Part shown: positions 11,301 through 23,072 of the stretch, piece after piece
Layout: the number at the start of each line of letters is the position of its first letter
Numbering within the stretch: position 1 is the stretch's first letter
Source of the DNA: Atractiella rhizophila
Taxonomy: Eukaryota
Assembly (NCBI GenBank): GCA_021432655.1
Contig: MU271682.1
Coordinates: 1-32,416, forward strand
Direction of reading: 5' to 3'
Length of the DNA: 32,416 bases
The notes under the pieces: model-generated
Seen by the model: only the letters and a program-made list of their open reading frames with translations
Database searches by the model: none
What the model was told of the DNA's origin: nothing
Translations under genes and position numbers: made by a program

Positions 11301-13584
11301 GGGCACAAAACTCAAACAGCAGCTTCGCACATCTATCGCTGTCCCCAAAATCACCTGGGGAACTAATGGAGAGCATTGAGACATACTAGTACTCCTCATT
11401 ACCCTTCACAAAGCTCCATCCGTTAACATCAATCACCACTGGTTTCGCGGCCGACCCAATACGTAGCAGATCGAATCCGCAAATTTCCTGTCGAAATGCA
11501 ATACTGATACGCTTGGCGATACTTTCCTCTTCATCTGTGAGCTTGGTGACATATCGTACTTCTTTCCCGTCATCATTCCGCCTCACAATTCTAGACCGAC
11601 ATCAATCACAGAAACGGCGAGAAGATGAGCGGACCCATCAACAACCGGAGATTTCCGTGCTTCAGCGTGAAAGTTTTGTGAACCTAGCGTATAAATTTTG
11701 ATATCCTCAGAATTTTTAGTGTCCAGCAAACTCTCGTAAAGGTATGAGCCGTCTGTCCGTGGAAATGAGAGGTTAGGATCGAATTCTGAGCTCTTATTAC
11801 CGACCTGCATCTTATTCTGTCAGCACAGACTTGGTTTTGAAAAAAGCATACGAGCCTTCCGAAACAGCCGTCTCCCGCCACCTCCGTGCTCTCGAGCGAA
11901 ATATATGTAGACTTCATGATTCTCGCCGCTGACTGGCTTCTCCACAAAAGGCTTCTGGATGCTCTTCCCATCTGAAGTCAACGTCTCGGATTCTTCGTCA
12001 TAAGACCACTTTGAAGGAGTACGTGTCCTCAGGAGCCGATCGAACTTATCAAAAATCATAGTTGACGTGATACCACTGCTTGAGGGGGCATTGGAGGGTG
12101 GTTGTACGTTCTTCTCACTAGCCAAGGAACCTGAGGAGCGGGAAGGATGGCTAGTGAAACTAGAGGCGGAGGAAGTCACATCTTCTTTCTGCGACGAATC
12201 CTTTGACGCCTCACGCGAGCGATGGTGGTGACCTCTGAGCGAAAGGTGAATATGATGGTGCTTCTTGCCTTCTTTCTCCTTCGTCGCCTCTTTGCCTTCT
12301 TTCCCACTAGCTTCAGTCTTCTCTGCCAGCCATTTCTTCAGCCGTTTACCTCCCTCGCCCTCCTCGCTTAAAAACTCCTTTACCTCCTTCACAACTTCCT
12401 CCATACCGCTCCCCTCCCATTTCACGGTTCCCTCTGATTCGTCACTCATCGCTCTGTTCACTTCGACACGCATGGGTGTGGGAACACCAACGTAATCTAA
12501 GACGTCAAGGACAGCCCGACGATCCCAGAAGATCTTTTGAAAGGGGAGGTCATTTACACAGATGGGATTTAGTGTCCGAACGTAGGAGATAGCTTTGTCG
12601 ATAGGAAAGTGGGAGGAGTAGAACGAGATAAGGACGTCGACCTTTGGCCACTGTTCGATGTCTAAAGGAAAATGTAAGTAATCATGTCAGAATAAGCGGA
12701 ACAACCACAGATCATCGTGAAAATGCTTTCATTTGCATAGTTCTTCCGAAAAACTTAAGAATAGAAGGTAGTCTTTTTAAGAAGGCTTACTTCTCTCAAA
12801 AAGTCTTCCAAGTAACGAAAAATGCAGGTAGGTTAACTTTCTGAACAGTTTTTAAAGGTGCAACGTCGCAGCATCCCGGCGACTGATGCAATATTCAAAA
12901 AAATAATCCAAACCGTAAAATGTACTTTGGATACTGTACTTACAATGATGCTCAACTCCAAGAGGAAACTATCCACATCCGAAACGATGGCGCAAGTGAT
13001 TGGTAAAAATCCACATGATTGCTCTTTGCACAATTTCAGTTGCGATGAGACAACAACAGCTTCATAGCGAATATTTCTTCCACTCTGTGCTTGAGATCAA
13101 ACTGAAGATACGCGTATGTTTGATATACCAAGTGAGACTACTTCCACGGTTGATGTGACCTGATCACAGCTATGAAGCTCTTTGTATACAATTTGCGTCA
13201 GATAGATCCCATACAAGTTTCTGTTTTCTAGTTGGCTCCGCAATGGGCAATGCCACCTAACGATGATAATGGAAACATGCAGAGCAGACCCTGGCACACC
13301 CTTGATACAGCAAGCTGCACTTATTACCGTGCCCAGTTTGATCGTCCAGAACAACGGGTTGGCGCACAAATTTCTCGATCAACGCTCAAAATCTTCCTCC
13401 GAACTCCCTCTGCCTAATAAGAAGACATACCCTCGTCCAAGATAACTTTATCCCCAAAAACAATTGTTTCGAACCTTCCCGTCGCCAGCAAGCGACTCAA
13501 AATATTCGTCATCGGCTTGCTGCGAGCTTTCTTGTCCATCGCCCCAATGCCGATTATTACTTTTTTCTTGGGTTCTTGTTCCAT
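8375..13584 (-). CDS. VIP1: Inositol hexakisphosphate/diphosphoinositol-pentakisphosphate kinase (PPIP5K; Vip1/Asp1): ATP-grasp kinase plus histidine-phosphatase domain, multi-exon
   Basis: [104 protein letters not shown], phosphatase [49 protein letters not shown]; stop TAG at 8375-8377. Confidence 0.95.
9210..9214 (-). other. 5-nt microexon (CTTCA) of VIP1, followed by a 16-nt exon at 9141-9156
   Basis: TA|gtaagc...tcag|CTTCA|gtcagt...acag|CTAAAGAAAGTCACAT|gtaggt rebuilds the conserved YFTKESHI motif. Confidence 0.8.
12662..13430 (-). other. Long (769 nt) first intron of VIP1
   Basis: GTATGT donor, TTTAG acceptor; joins ILDE(G) to (AC)IEQWP, restoring the conserved ILDEDIEQWP motif. Confidence 0.88.
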
Positions 13585-13991
13585 AATTTGAGATATATTT
13601 TGACGGTGCACGTATTAGGACTCGAGGATCAAAGTAAGCTGAAGAATCCCAAGTCGTGTGAGCTATCGCGGTCGTTTCTGGGTCAGGTGCACCTTCCATG
13701 CATCAATTGGCATCCACTGCTGCTGCTCCAAAGTGTTGCACACACTCAGGATTGCCCTCAGCATGAGGAATGTATACGAAAGCGAAGTCGATTTCTCATT
13801 CTTGTAGTCCCTGAAAGGCAAAATGTACATGTAACGTGAAACACTGAAGTTCAATATCAAAGATTTCGATCAACAGGTATAGATAGTGTGATTATGAGCC
13901 AACATGCCCAAACACAAATGGTTATAAGGAACAAAGTCCATCATGACGTAAAGAAGAGCGAAACAGTCCATCCAAAACGATAAGCACGAAA

Positions 13992-16900
13992 TCAATACTG
14001 CTCAAATCGGAATCCTGTCCCCTTTTTATCGTAAGAGCCAGATGCGGCTGCGCCAACCGAAGATTGGAGAGGAAGAGATCCAGGATTGCCGTAGGGCTTG
14101 TGGGGGGCGTCGTATTCGTATCCCTGTCGGAGAGGAAGAGGAGCATAGTCGTCCATCGTCCTCCGCTTCACCCTGCTCTGTCGTTTAGGCAATGAACTGG
14201 ATGCAGGTTGGGCAGAAGGAGGAGGGGATCGATAATCCGGATAAGAAGCAGGAGGGTGACCGAAGTCTTGCGTTTGAGCAGACGGGTGGAAATCCCTCGT
14301 GTCCCAACTCGGATGGCTGTACGAGGTCGGTTGGGGCGGAGTTCGATACTCTCTCGAAGACCTACGATCGTACTCAATTGGTGCTGGAGGTGGGAAGCGA
14401 GTATCAATAGTCCTGTTCACGCTGTAGTACTCGGATCCTGGAGAGAGCGGCGGGGGACGATATTCCCTACTGTTCCTGCTTTGCGAGTGTTGCGGTGGCG
14501 GCAAAGGACGGGGTTCTTGAAAATCGTTCTGGTTCACAGCCTGGGAAGCGCGCCTCAATTCTCTCTTACTGGGGATAATAACGACTTCCTCCCCCCTCAA
14601 TCTCCCGCTATGGCCAGAACTCCTCGATGGGATAGGGGCAGGAGGCATGGACGTGGGTCGATAGTTTATCGGTTCAGGTGGCGGGAGTGGTGGCCTAGTG
14701 CCTACGTGGGACGAAGAAGTGGGGAGCGGGGGAGGGATAGAAGGCGCTCTAGCGGCCGTCCGAGAGAAGGCGGAGGAGGAGACCTGAACTGGAGACGTCA
14801 CGAAGTCGGCATGAGAGGTCCAATGTCGGTTGCCATCTCCATGGCCATGTCCAGAAGAAGAAGTGTGATGTTCGAAAGGAACAGAACGGGGGGTCGTTGA
14901 ATGCTTTGAAGAAGATGGGAGACTGCTTCTAGGATGCCAACTCGACGATGACGCGCCTTGCAAAACTCCAAATCCGCCCCTCTCCCTCCCCCACTCTCTC
15001 ATGTCAATATTTGCACTGTCGACATCCATCCTAGAACCAGGGTCAGAACTCCGCCTTTCCCTCCTCTCTCTTCTCATTCTCTCCTTCTTCTTCTCCTTCT
15101 TACTCGACAAACCTTCCAAATCCAGTCCCTCAATCATCGGTCCCCTATTGTAACTGGACAAAGGGGACTTGACAATCTTGGAATTATCGAGCTCGAGGGT
15201 CGATGTGGCGTCTTGTTCCAGCGTCTGAGGATTTGGAAAGCGAGATGGGGAGAGAGGAGTGGGCATCTTAAGCTTCGTCGGTTGATGAGTTGGAGGAAGC
15301 TTAGACTGAGTCTGAGCTTTAGTGACGGGATGGGGGGAGGCGTGATTCCGTATGTATCTGCCGAACGAAGAGTCGGTGTCAAAGAGAGGAGGAGCGAATT
15401 CTAAGTCATACAACCCTCTCGACACTGCTCCTTTCGGTGCGAACTCATCGTCAGCCTTATCCTTTCGACGTGCTGTGTCGAGGAGAGCAGAGGATTCTTC
15501 GCCCGTGCCACGCCGCGACGGTTTCTTCTTCCTGGTCTTTTCCAAGGTCCCATCCTTATTCACCCTCCCTCCCCGAAAACCTCCGGCACCGACCTCCTTA
15601 ACCTCCCAAATCAGCTCCTCCTCTTCCTCTTCCCTACTCTCTTTCTTCTTCTTCGCCGCCGTCCCCAACCTCACCCTCTTCAGTTCCTCATGCATGTCCT
15701 CCGCCTCGCTTTCCCCACTCCAACAACCCTCCTTCTCCTCCTGCGCATCCCACTTCTTCCTCTCCCTCTTCTCTCTCACCTCCACCGCCGCCCTCCTGCT
15801 CCCCCGCGCTCCGACGACCTCATCCCAATCGTCCCTCCTATCCAAATCCGGATCTCCGCCCCTGACGACCATCCAGAAGTAAGTCCATCCGGCAGCCATC
15901 TCCCTGAACACGTCCCGAAAGTCGAGCGCGTGTCCTAACGCTCGAAGCTTCTTCGTACGCAGTTGAGCTCGATCTTGAGACGTCGGGAGCTGTGGACGGT
16001 AGGGGAGGTAGGTGAACGCTCGGATGTGCATGAAGGAGAAAATGGTCATCTCGATCGTCACGAGGATGGCGGAGAGACCGATCACTATTTGGTCGGCTGT
16101 CCTGTGGTTCCGAGCGGCGCATCAGTCTCACTTTTAACCACTTGGATCAAGGAGCGCGACGATAGACGGAAGGGCATAAAAATAGGAGAAGAAGACATAC
16201 CAATATTCACTATTCTTTACCCACCCCATGATAGCGAATAAAGAGAGAGTACTCTCTTGCCAAAAGGTGAGAAAAACTACAGATTTCACGGCGAAGAATT
16301 TGAGCAGGGGTTGAAAATTCTTGAGCTCCCTCTTCAGATCCACGTAGAGCTGTAGGACGAGGTACATGGCGATTGTCACCGAGATGGAGATGATACTCGT
16401 GACCCAAACGTGGGTATAAGCCGGAGACCAGGAGGAGAGGCAGTAGAGGTTGAAGTATTGAGAGACGACTGCGATCTGTGTGTCGAAAAATCCAACCATA
16501 CGCCGCGTACCAGACGTATAAAGCAAACCAAGTCAGAAGGCAGGAATCGGAAGTACATCACAGTGAAAATAAGCAGCGGGAAGGAGAACGTACGGCGGTT
16601 CCCACAGGTCGTATCACGACGTACTGCAATATCCCCCACTTCAACAACATGAGGTACCTGAGTCCATTCTTCGGTCTCCACTTGACAGGTCCCAAAGGCC
16701 AGATCCAATGGTCCACCTCGACTTCGAGGAAGACCTCGCGCAACAAGGCGGCCCGTTCCGCCTTGGTAGCTTTGGTCGGCGGTGGTGGTAAAGGGATGTA
16801 AACTATCTTGTCCTTCTTCTTCTCCCTTTTGGAGAAGGACGAGAAGGAAAGGATAGAGGAGCGTGTGGTTGATGTCGACGGCGTGGGAGATGGAGGCCGA

Positions 16901-17517
16901 ACGGGAGCAGGTGGCGGAGGCAGGGAGGAGGCTGGGGTGGAGAGGTAGGATAGGAGGAGGTAGAAGAATGATCCTATCACTATCGCTTCGTAGCAGTCCT
17001 ATTCCATCACATATCATGAGCCATCCTCTACAATAGCAGCATGGAGCAAAGGGAAGGTAGACAACATACTCGTATCAGTTGGAAGTAAATCGCCTCCGTC
17101 CACCAATAATAGGAGCACCAACTGACAATGGCGTAGATGGGTGGCATGAAGAGGATGCGGACAATGTACCGCTGTTGGGACGGGACGGTGTAGAATTGGA
17201 GATGTTTCAAGATCAACCACCACGATGCGGCGGTCGTGATAACTGCACCCATGCATCCATTCCTGCGTCAGGACGGTTACAGTAAGTTAGAGGATAACTA
17301 ACGTGCAAAGAAGCCAGAGACGAGCCAACCGACATCGTGTGCTGTTCCCCATCATCAATTTGTCAGATAATGCTTGATTATACAATATTCAGGGGGAGCA
17401 AATAAAGAGACAAAGAAGAAAGGTATTAGTACCTTTAAAATGAATCTCGCCGTCGCTGAACAACGGCTTTGGGTCGATCTTGTGATGCTCTATGGGACAA
17501 GAAGTCGTGTTTCCCAT
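13992..17517 (-). CDS. TMEM184/organic solute transporter alpha (DUF300) family membrane protein with long low-complexity C-terminal tail, multi-exon
   Basis: MGNTTSCP..HFK/AHDVGWLVSGFFA, HLQFYTVPSQQRYIVRILFMPPIYAIVSW, IR/DCYEAIVIGSFFYLL, LKWGILQYVVIRP, YCLSSWSP, PLLKFFAVKSVVFLTFWQ, IEMTIFSFMHIRAFTYLPY; last exon runs to 13992. Confidence 0.9.
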
Positions 17518-18734
17518 CCTCACAGTAGAATCTCGCTGAAATAATTTTGCTGATATGATATAAGTCGACTAGTCGCGTGCGCTTAAGAGCTGGAGATGCC
17601 TGGATTGTCTCTGTGTGAAATCGTAAGCAGATAAGTCGTAAGCTGGTTCGTAAAGCGTTCGTTGCGGCGTTAGAGCGTTAGGACTCAAGGGAAAGTGGGA
17701 GACTACGCCGGTGAGCAGCCTCAGTGGGCCTTCTCAGGATTGAAACGGGCGCTGAGCAGCTCGACGTCAAGATGAAGTTCGTGAGTCAATGTTAAATAGG
17801 GGTCAAAACACGTGCCAGACGTGCCAGATAGATTCAACGCGGCTGAAAAAGGGCCGAACTTAATGCGTATGGTTCCGTTCTTTCAAGAGGTCTTGCCGTC
17901 CTGAGTTCTGTTATGTACCATGGCAACTATGAAACTACTTACACTCAGTTACGCTGCAGAGTGTGCATCAGCATAAGTTAGCTTCTGCGCTTCTCAAAAC
18001 ACCCTGCTCAGTATCGGTACTTAGCTCAGTGGCACTGATATGACCGTCAGAACAGAATGAGAATGACTGCTTGAGGATGAAAAGAGAACCATAAAGTTGA
18101 ACATGCTTTTCTTCATCCCGCATATAACACAGTCCATGGTGAAACCTTGTTACACATCTCAGCGCACCTTCTTCCCATCCTTCCCTAACCATTGCGAACC
18201 AGTCTATGTTAGTCTTTCCGAAAAAACCGACTTTATTTCCTTGCACTTCCCTTCTCCCTATCCATGTCGCTCTCGGGAGTGGAAGATGACTCAAATTGGG
18301 ATGACCAGCCAGTTTCGCATTTCTGGTGGAAGGGCCGTAAAAGTCGAAGAGACATGGTCGGAGAGCGAATTTCCTGGGGGTTCTGCTTTTCACTGGCAAC
18401 AATCGTATGCCAGGGATAGTGCGACAATTTGTACTGCGATAAAATTTTAGTCTTTGTCGCTGCTCGTTCAATTACAATAAAACTGCTTCAGATTTGTTCG
18501 AAAGTCCTGATGTTAGACCCTTTGAGGCTATGACATGCCATCACTTTAGGCAGGCAGGTAGGAACGACGAAGTTGGAAAAGTCTCAGCTGTCGCATAGTG
18601 GTAGCTAATCTCTCTTCACTATCAATTCAGGCAGGTTTAGGAAAATAGCACTCGTATATTGACTAACAACTAATTTGGTTGCTACAATTCCAGGAACAGG
18701 GGGACCTAACTTAATCACTCCTGTCCAACAAAGC

Positions 18735-21700
18735 CTAGCTTTCCGCAGGCTCTTCCGCTTTCCTCTTTCCCTTTCCATTAGGACTCGAAGGTGTCTCCTC
18801 TACCTGAAGCCCAGCAGAAGAGGACAAATTCGAAGGAGGGGTGAACATCCACCCCTCTCCTCTGCTCGGTGCTTTTCCAAGGCTCCGTATCCTTTCAATT
18901 TTCTTCCACTCTCGCTCATCGATAGGAGCAACCTGAAGCATATCTCCCAATCGGTGTAAATCTGTGAGCATCCCCTCCATCCTTTCGGTCAACGCATTGA
19001 TGATATTCGCTTGCTCTGTCCGTGTCTCTTCCAGCGCAGCACTCGCTGTCGTAGCGAAAGGTGGTACGACGGTCGCTGTGGAACGGATCGCCGCAGGTAT
19101 GCGTGAAAGGACGTCGTGGGCCGAAAGTGGAGCGGTGGGATTGACAGGATCGAACAAGGGGATGAGCTGAGGACCGCCGATAGAAGGTCCGCGAAAGAAG
19201 GGGATGGCAGGGGGAGCTGGAGTTGAAGTTCGTGGAGGAGGGACAGCAAATGTGGTGGCAGTGGGAGGAGCGGTTGATGGTTGTTTTGATGGTCGTGGAG
19301 GCGTTGGCGCAAATGCGGGAGAGAAGGATAGCCTCTCAACTCTTGTCGGATCCGAAGGTCGCATGGAAGGCGTGAAGAGGTGCGATGGATCTTTCTGCCA
19401 AAATGCTGCAGCTGGGTTCGAGCTTGGAACATTCGCAGACGGCGGAGTCGTTGCCAGATTAGTAGGAGTTGTAAAAGGTGAAGCTGTCCTCTGTGGCACA
19501 GTTGGAGTCTTTTGCATCGTAGAATTACTGCTTAATGGCATAGTTTCTGAGCCCGAAGCTCCAGCTGATGAACCTGAAAGGGGAGGCTTTGTTGTTGGCT
19601 TGTTCGAAGAAGAGGTAGCCCTGCGTAGCGCCGCCTGCAAAACTGCATCTCGACGCTCTCGATCTGCAGCAGCTGCCGAGGTTGCAGTTGGGGCAGTGGT
19701 AGAAGGCGGTGGGACAACTGTTTGAGAGCTAGTTGAAGTAGTCGCGGCAGGAACTTCGGGTCTACGTGTCGGAGTGTTCGCTGCTCGAGAGGATGATGAG
19801 GGGGCTGCTGGACCACTGACTGTCGGGATCGTTTCTGTTGAACCTGCAGGTACGATTTGGGCAGTTGTTGGGGCTGATGTACTTGGAGTGGCAGGGATAC
19901 GAGTGATATTCGGTACAGTTGTTGGAGTGGGAGCTGGACCGTAGTGAAGAACTCGTCCATCTGGGAGCGCCCAACTGCCGCTGTTGGTTGTCGCAGCAGA
20001 GGTTGATGCTGGCAAATTGGGATCCTGGTTGAGGCGATAGAAGTACCCTTCTCCATCCTCGATCAGATCCATAGCTGTATTTGGGTTGAAGCGTAGTAGA
20101 GGATTAGCCTCTTCAACAGGCGGAGGAGGGTTAGCATTTGTTGCGCCGGCAGCTGCAGCTCCTCCTGGTGCAGCGGCTGGTCGAGCAGGTCGCGCATCGT
20201 TGTTACGGTTCCCGAAGAAACCTGCGAAAGGACCTGCTAGATTTTCGGCTGCACGTTGTACAGCTGGGTCTAATGGTCCAACGGGTCCAGGTGGAGGCGG
20301 AGGATTTGCGTTGGCATTGTTAGGAGGAGCATTGGCTGCTCGGCCATTCGCGGCGGGTGAGTCGAGAACAGAAGCACGACTGCAACAACATCTTGAGGGC
20401 AGAAGCTATAGTGAGCAGAGAGCGACGCACCACGTTGGGCAGCTTTGTTGACGCTCCAACCATGACCTGAGACAGTGGAAGTGAAATATATGACCACAAG
20501 GTAGCTTCTTTGGTGTCTCATTCAAGCCTTCTCTCCCAGCTTCCCGCTGAGGTTCTGCACCAGCGCCGTGCATCTCCTCTCGACAAATGATGCAAGTACG
20601 ATCCCTTCCTCCGCTCAATTCCTCTTCTGTCACAGTAGGATATCGGCGCTGCATGTCTTTCGTCGCCTTGTGATATCGATAAAGGTCTCGTCCTTTGCGG
20701 AACACAGCGAAGCCAGTGACGATAAGGTCTCGACACAAGTTGAGTGGTAAACCGTAAAAGGTGACGATGAGGCAGAAGAAGCTGAGGTAGGTGATGAACT
20801 TGAATATTTCGGTGATGAAGTCGATGTAAAAGAAGTACATCGACTTCTGTTCCCAGGCTGTCGCTCTTCGCGAATCATAAATGTTTAGCCCATACTTCAT
20901 CGATATGGACCAGACCGTCGTCAGTAAAATCATGTACTAGTTAACAAGGTGAGCCAGTTACATTGTCGCAAAATGATGCAAAACATACCTCGGAGGCTAC
21001 TAGAATCATAACGCTGGCCCCGTCCAGCAATATGCTTTCGATGGTAAATAATAAAAGTATGCTATCGAATATCCACAACGTAGATAGGATGGCGACCATC
21101 CGCACATGGAAGTAACGTGGAAGAGTTCCACCTTGCTCCATCTATCGCGAGGTTGAATGCGTACTCGAAAAGCTTTGGAATAAAACGCACCAGCTCTACC
21201 CTGTCACTTGCAAGCCAATGGAATATCTTGACGAAGATGAGAGTTGACAGGATGGCGATAAAGCCAGGGCCAAAGTCTTCCCGAAAGGTCGTCAAACTGA
21301 GCAGAGTTTCCGTTAGACTGAACCACGCCCTTTCTTGTAACCGCTGTTCCCCCAATGGTCAGTTCATCTATAGACCGCGCATCAGTGGCTAGAGAAGTCG
21401 CTGATGGAACAAAATATGTTTTGAGCAAGCTCCAGATGATAGTTCTTGTGCTAAATTTAAACATTTGAAGGGATCAGGAAGCAAGTAAGATCCAGACAGG
21501 AAACTGTAAATGTAAGAGCCAATTACAAAAGGAGTGAATCTGGAACACTGAAGCGAAGCTGCACCTCAATCCTTATTGAAGCAGAACAGGCTTCCAATAC
21601 CTAATAAGGACCTGCTTTTCATGTTGCTATCATCTACACGTCGTATGCTTGATGTGTCATCAATTGATTGACTCAATCGTTGTCGAACAAGCATTGCAAA

Positions 21701-22849
21701 AGTAACTCGCTCATCGTGTAGGTATACAAGCGAGGAGAGGGCGGAGCCTTCGTTTACGTTCCCACCATTTTGTCTCGCGATGAAGCTCTCTATAGATGAA
21801 GGACGACTTATACGAAACGGGAAGAGGCGTTAATTCACCAAGCTATTTCGGCCCGGCTTTTGCTAGATGTAGATGTAGAGGATGATTGGACCATGTTGCA
21901 ATGAAAGCACAGCGGGCAACACAAAACGGCACAAGAATGTGTAGTGTTATCTGGCCAGCTATACATGGTGGCTTGTGACAGTGGACTAATCTTGTTCAGT
22001 GCTCAATTAATAACACATATAACTTCGCAAGTGAAGTAATTTGGACGAGCTTTCACTGCTCTGTTCTGGGGAGCGAAAAAACACTTTGTGCAATCCTAAG
22101 TCAGTGCAGAATGAAGACAGTGGAACTGATTGGCAATTAATATGTCAGAGGTACCCTTAAGTACCGTTTCCTCTGTCTATCTGAAATCCGAAGAAATATG
22201 TTATATAGAACGGGGACAATCTGTGAAATTCATAGGAAGGGAAAGAAAGAGGTGATGTCTGACGACCCAGCCAAGCAACGACACACACATAAACATACAA
22301 CGCTTATCCAAGAATAGGATGAATAGCGTAAGATGTTACAACAATACGTGGAATAGCACAAGAGAATAAAATCTCTGCAGCTCTCGAGCGGAGGTCAAGT
22401 TATAAAACGAGGTGAAACCTTGCTCCTTGTCCTGAACCAGCTGCAGAGGAAGAAGAGTTTCATCTTTCCATCGTCCTCTACAGCCAAGGTCCTAGTTTGG
22501 ATCACAAATGAAGGTATCAACGCCTCACTCTCTGCTACAATTCAATCGAGAGACCTCATCACAGTATGTAGCATTACCAATTCCAATGAAACAACCTCGC
22601 GCTAAATCCGAAGCAGAGACATACCTCGATCTCCATCGCCCTCAGCTCTCCAAAGAACCCAGCGACTAATATCTTTCCGAGAAGTATCATTCCCAACAAT
22701 GCTGCATTATACAGGACCAACATGGCGCCGTAGGAGCGAGAGAGGAACACGGCGGCTGAGTAGAAGTTGGGACGTCGGCGGAAAGCGAGTAGGATGGTCC
22801 ATGTCGTGGATAGTATGGTTAGGAGGGAGTATGTGCGTAGCGGTGGCAT
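18735..22849 (-). CDS. HRD1: ERAD E3 ubiquitin ligase HRD1/synoviolin (TM region, RING-H2, Pro/Ser/Thr-rich tail), multi-exon
   Basis: RPNFYSAAVFLSRS, FFGELRAMEIE/RLQERAWFSLTETLLSLTTFREDF, KIFHWLASDRVE, WEQKSMYFFY, YGLPLNLCRD, RING-H2 CIICREEM...PKKLPCGHIFHFHCLRSWLERQQSCPT/CR; ATG at 22849. Confidence 0.95.
21344..22624 (-). other. Long (1281 nt) first intron of HRD1
   Basis: GTATGT donor, ACTGAC branch point, AACAG acceptor; joins EIE to RLQER in frame. Confidence 0.88.
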
Positions 22850-23072
22850 TAGGTAGGGCAATGGGTGAAGGATAGGGAATGCTTTGGCCCGGATTGGCGA
22901 CGTGGTGGCAGGTACCGCGTAGTGTTGGCAGATTAGAGCAGGACCAATGACAGAAACGACGAAACGCGCAATTACTCCAGCAGCATATATACCATCGCCT
23001 CTGCGACTTGCTTTCTTGCCTCTTAGAAATAACGGACATATAATCTATACTATAACTTAGAGGAAGAGGGAT
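22850..23072. promoter_or_regulatory. Bidirectional promoter of HRD1 and the GHKL-DUF3684 gene
   Basis: 223 bp between divergent ATGs; CCAAT boxes on both strands (ATTGG 22893-22897, CCAAT ~22944), GACGTGG at 22899-22905, TATATA near 22985. Confidence 0.45.

Noticed and set aside
12833..13445. ORFs within VIP1 intron 1
   Set aside because: Short, overlapping on both strands, with no transposase, homing-endonuclease or other motif; intron ends are spliceosomal, not group I/II.
14208..15938. Long antisense ORFs opposite the TMEM184 tail (also opposite HRD1, SNF2 and GHKL exons)
   Set aside because: Shadow frames of GC-rich, low-complexity coding exons.
17968..18471. 167-aa (-) and 117-aa (+) ORFs in the HRD1-TMEM184 intergenic region
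   Set aside because: Non-ATG starts, no recognisable domain, composition unlike the true exons; cannot be supported without expression data.
22140..22565. Possible intronic box C/D snoRNA in HRD1 intron (GTGATGA near 22560, minus strand)
   Set aside because: The nearest CTGA D box is ~400 nt away and no terminal stem or rRNA guide was recognised.
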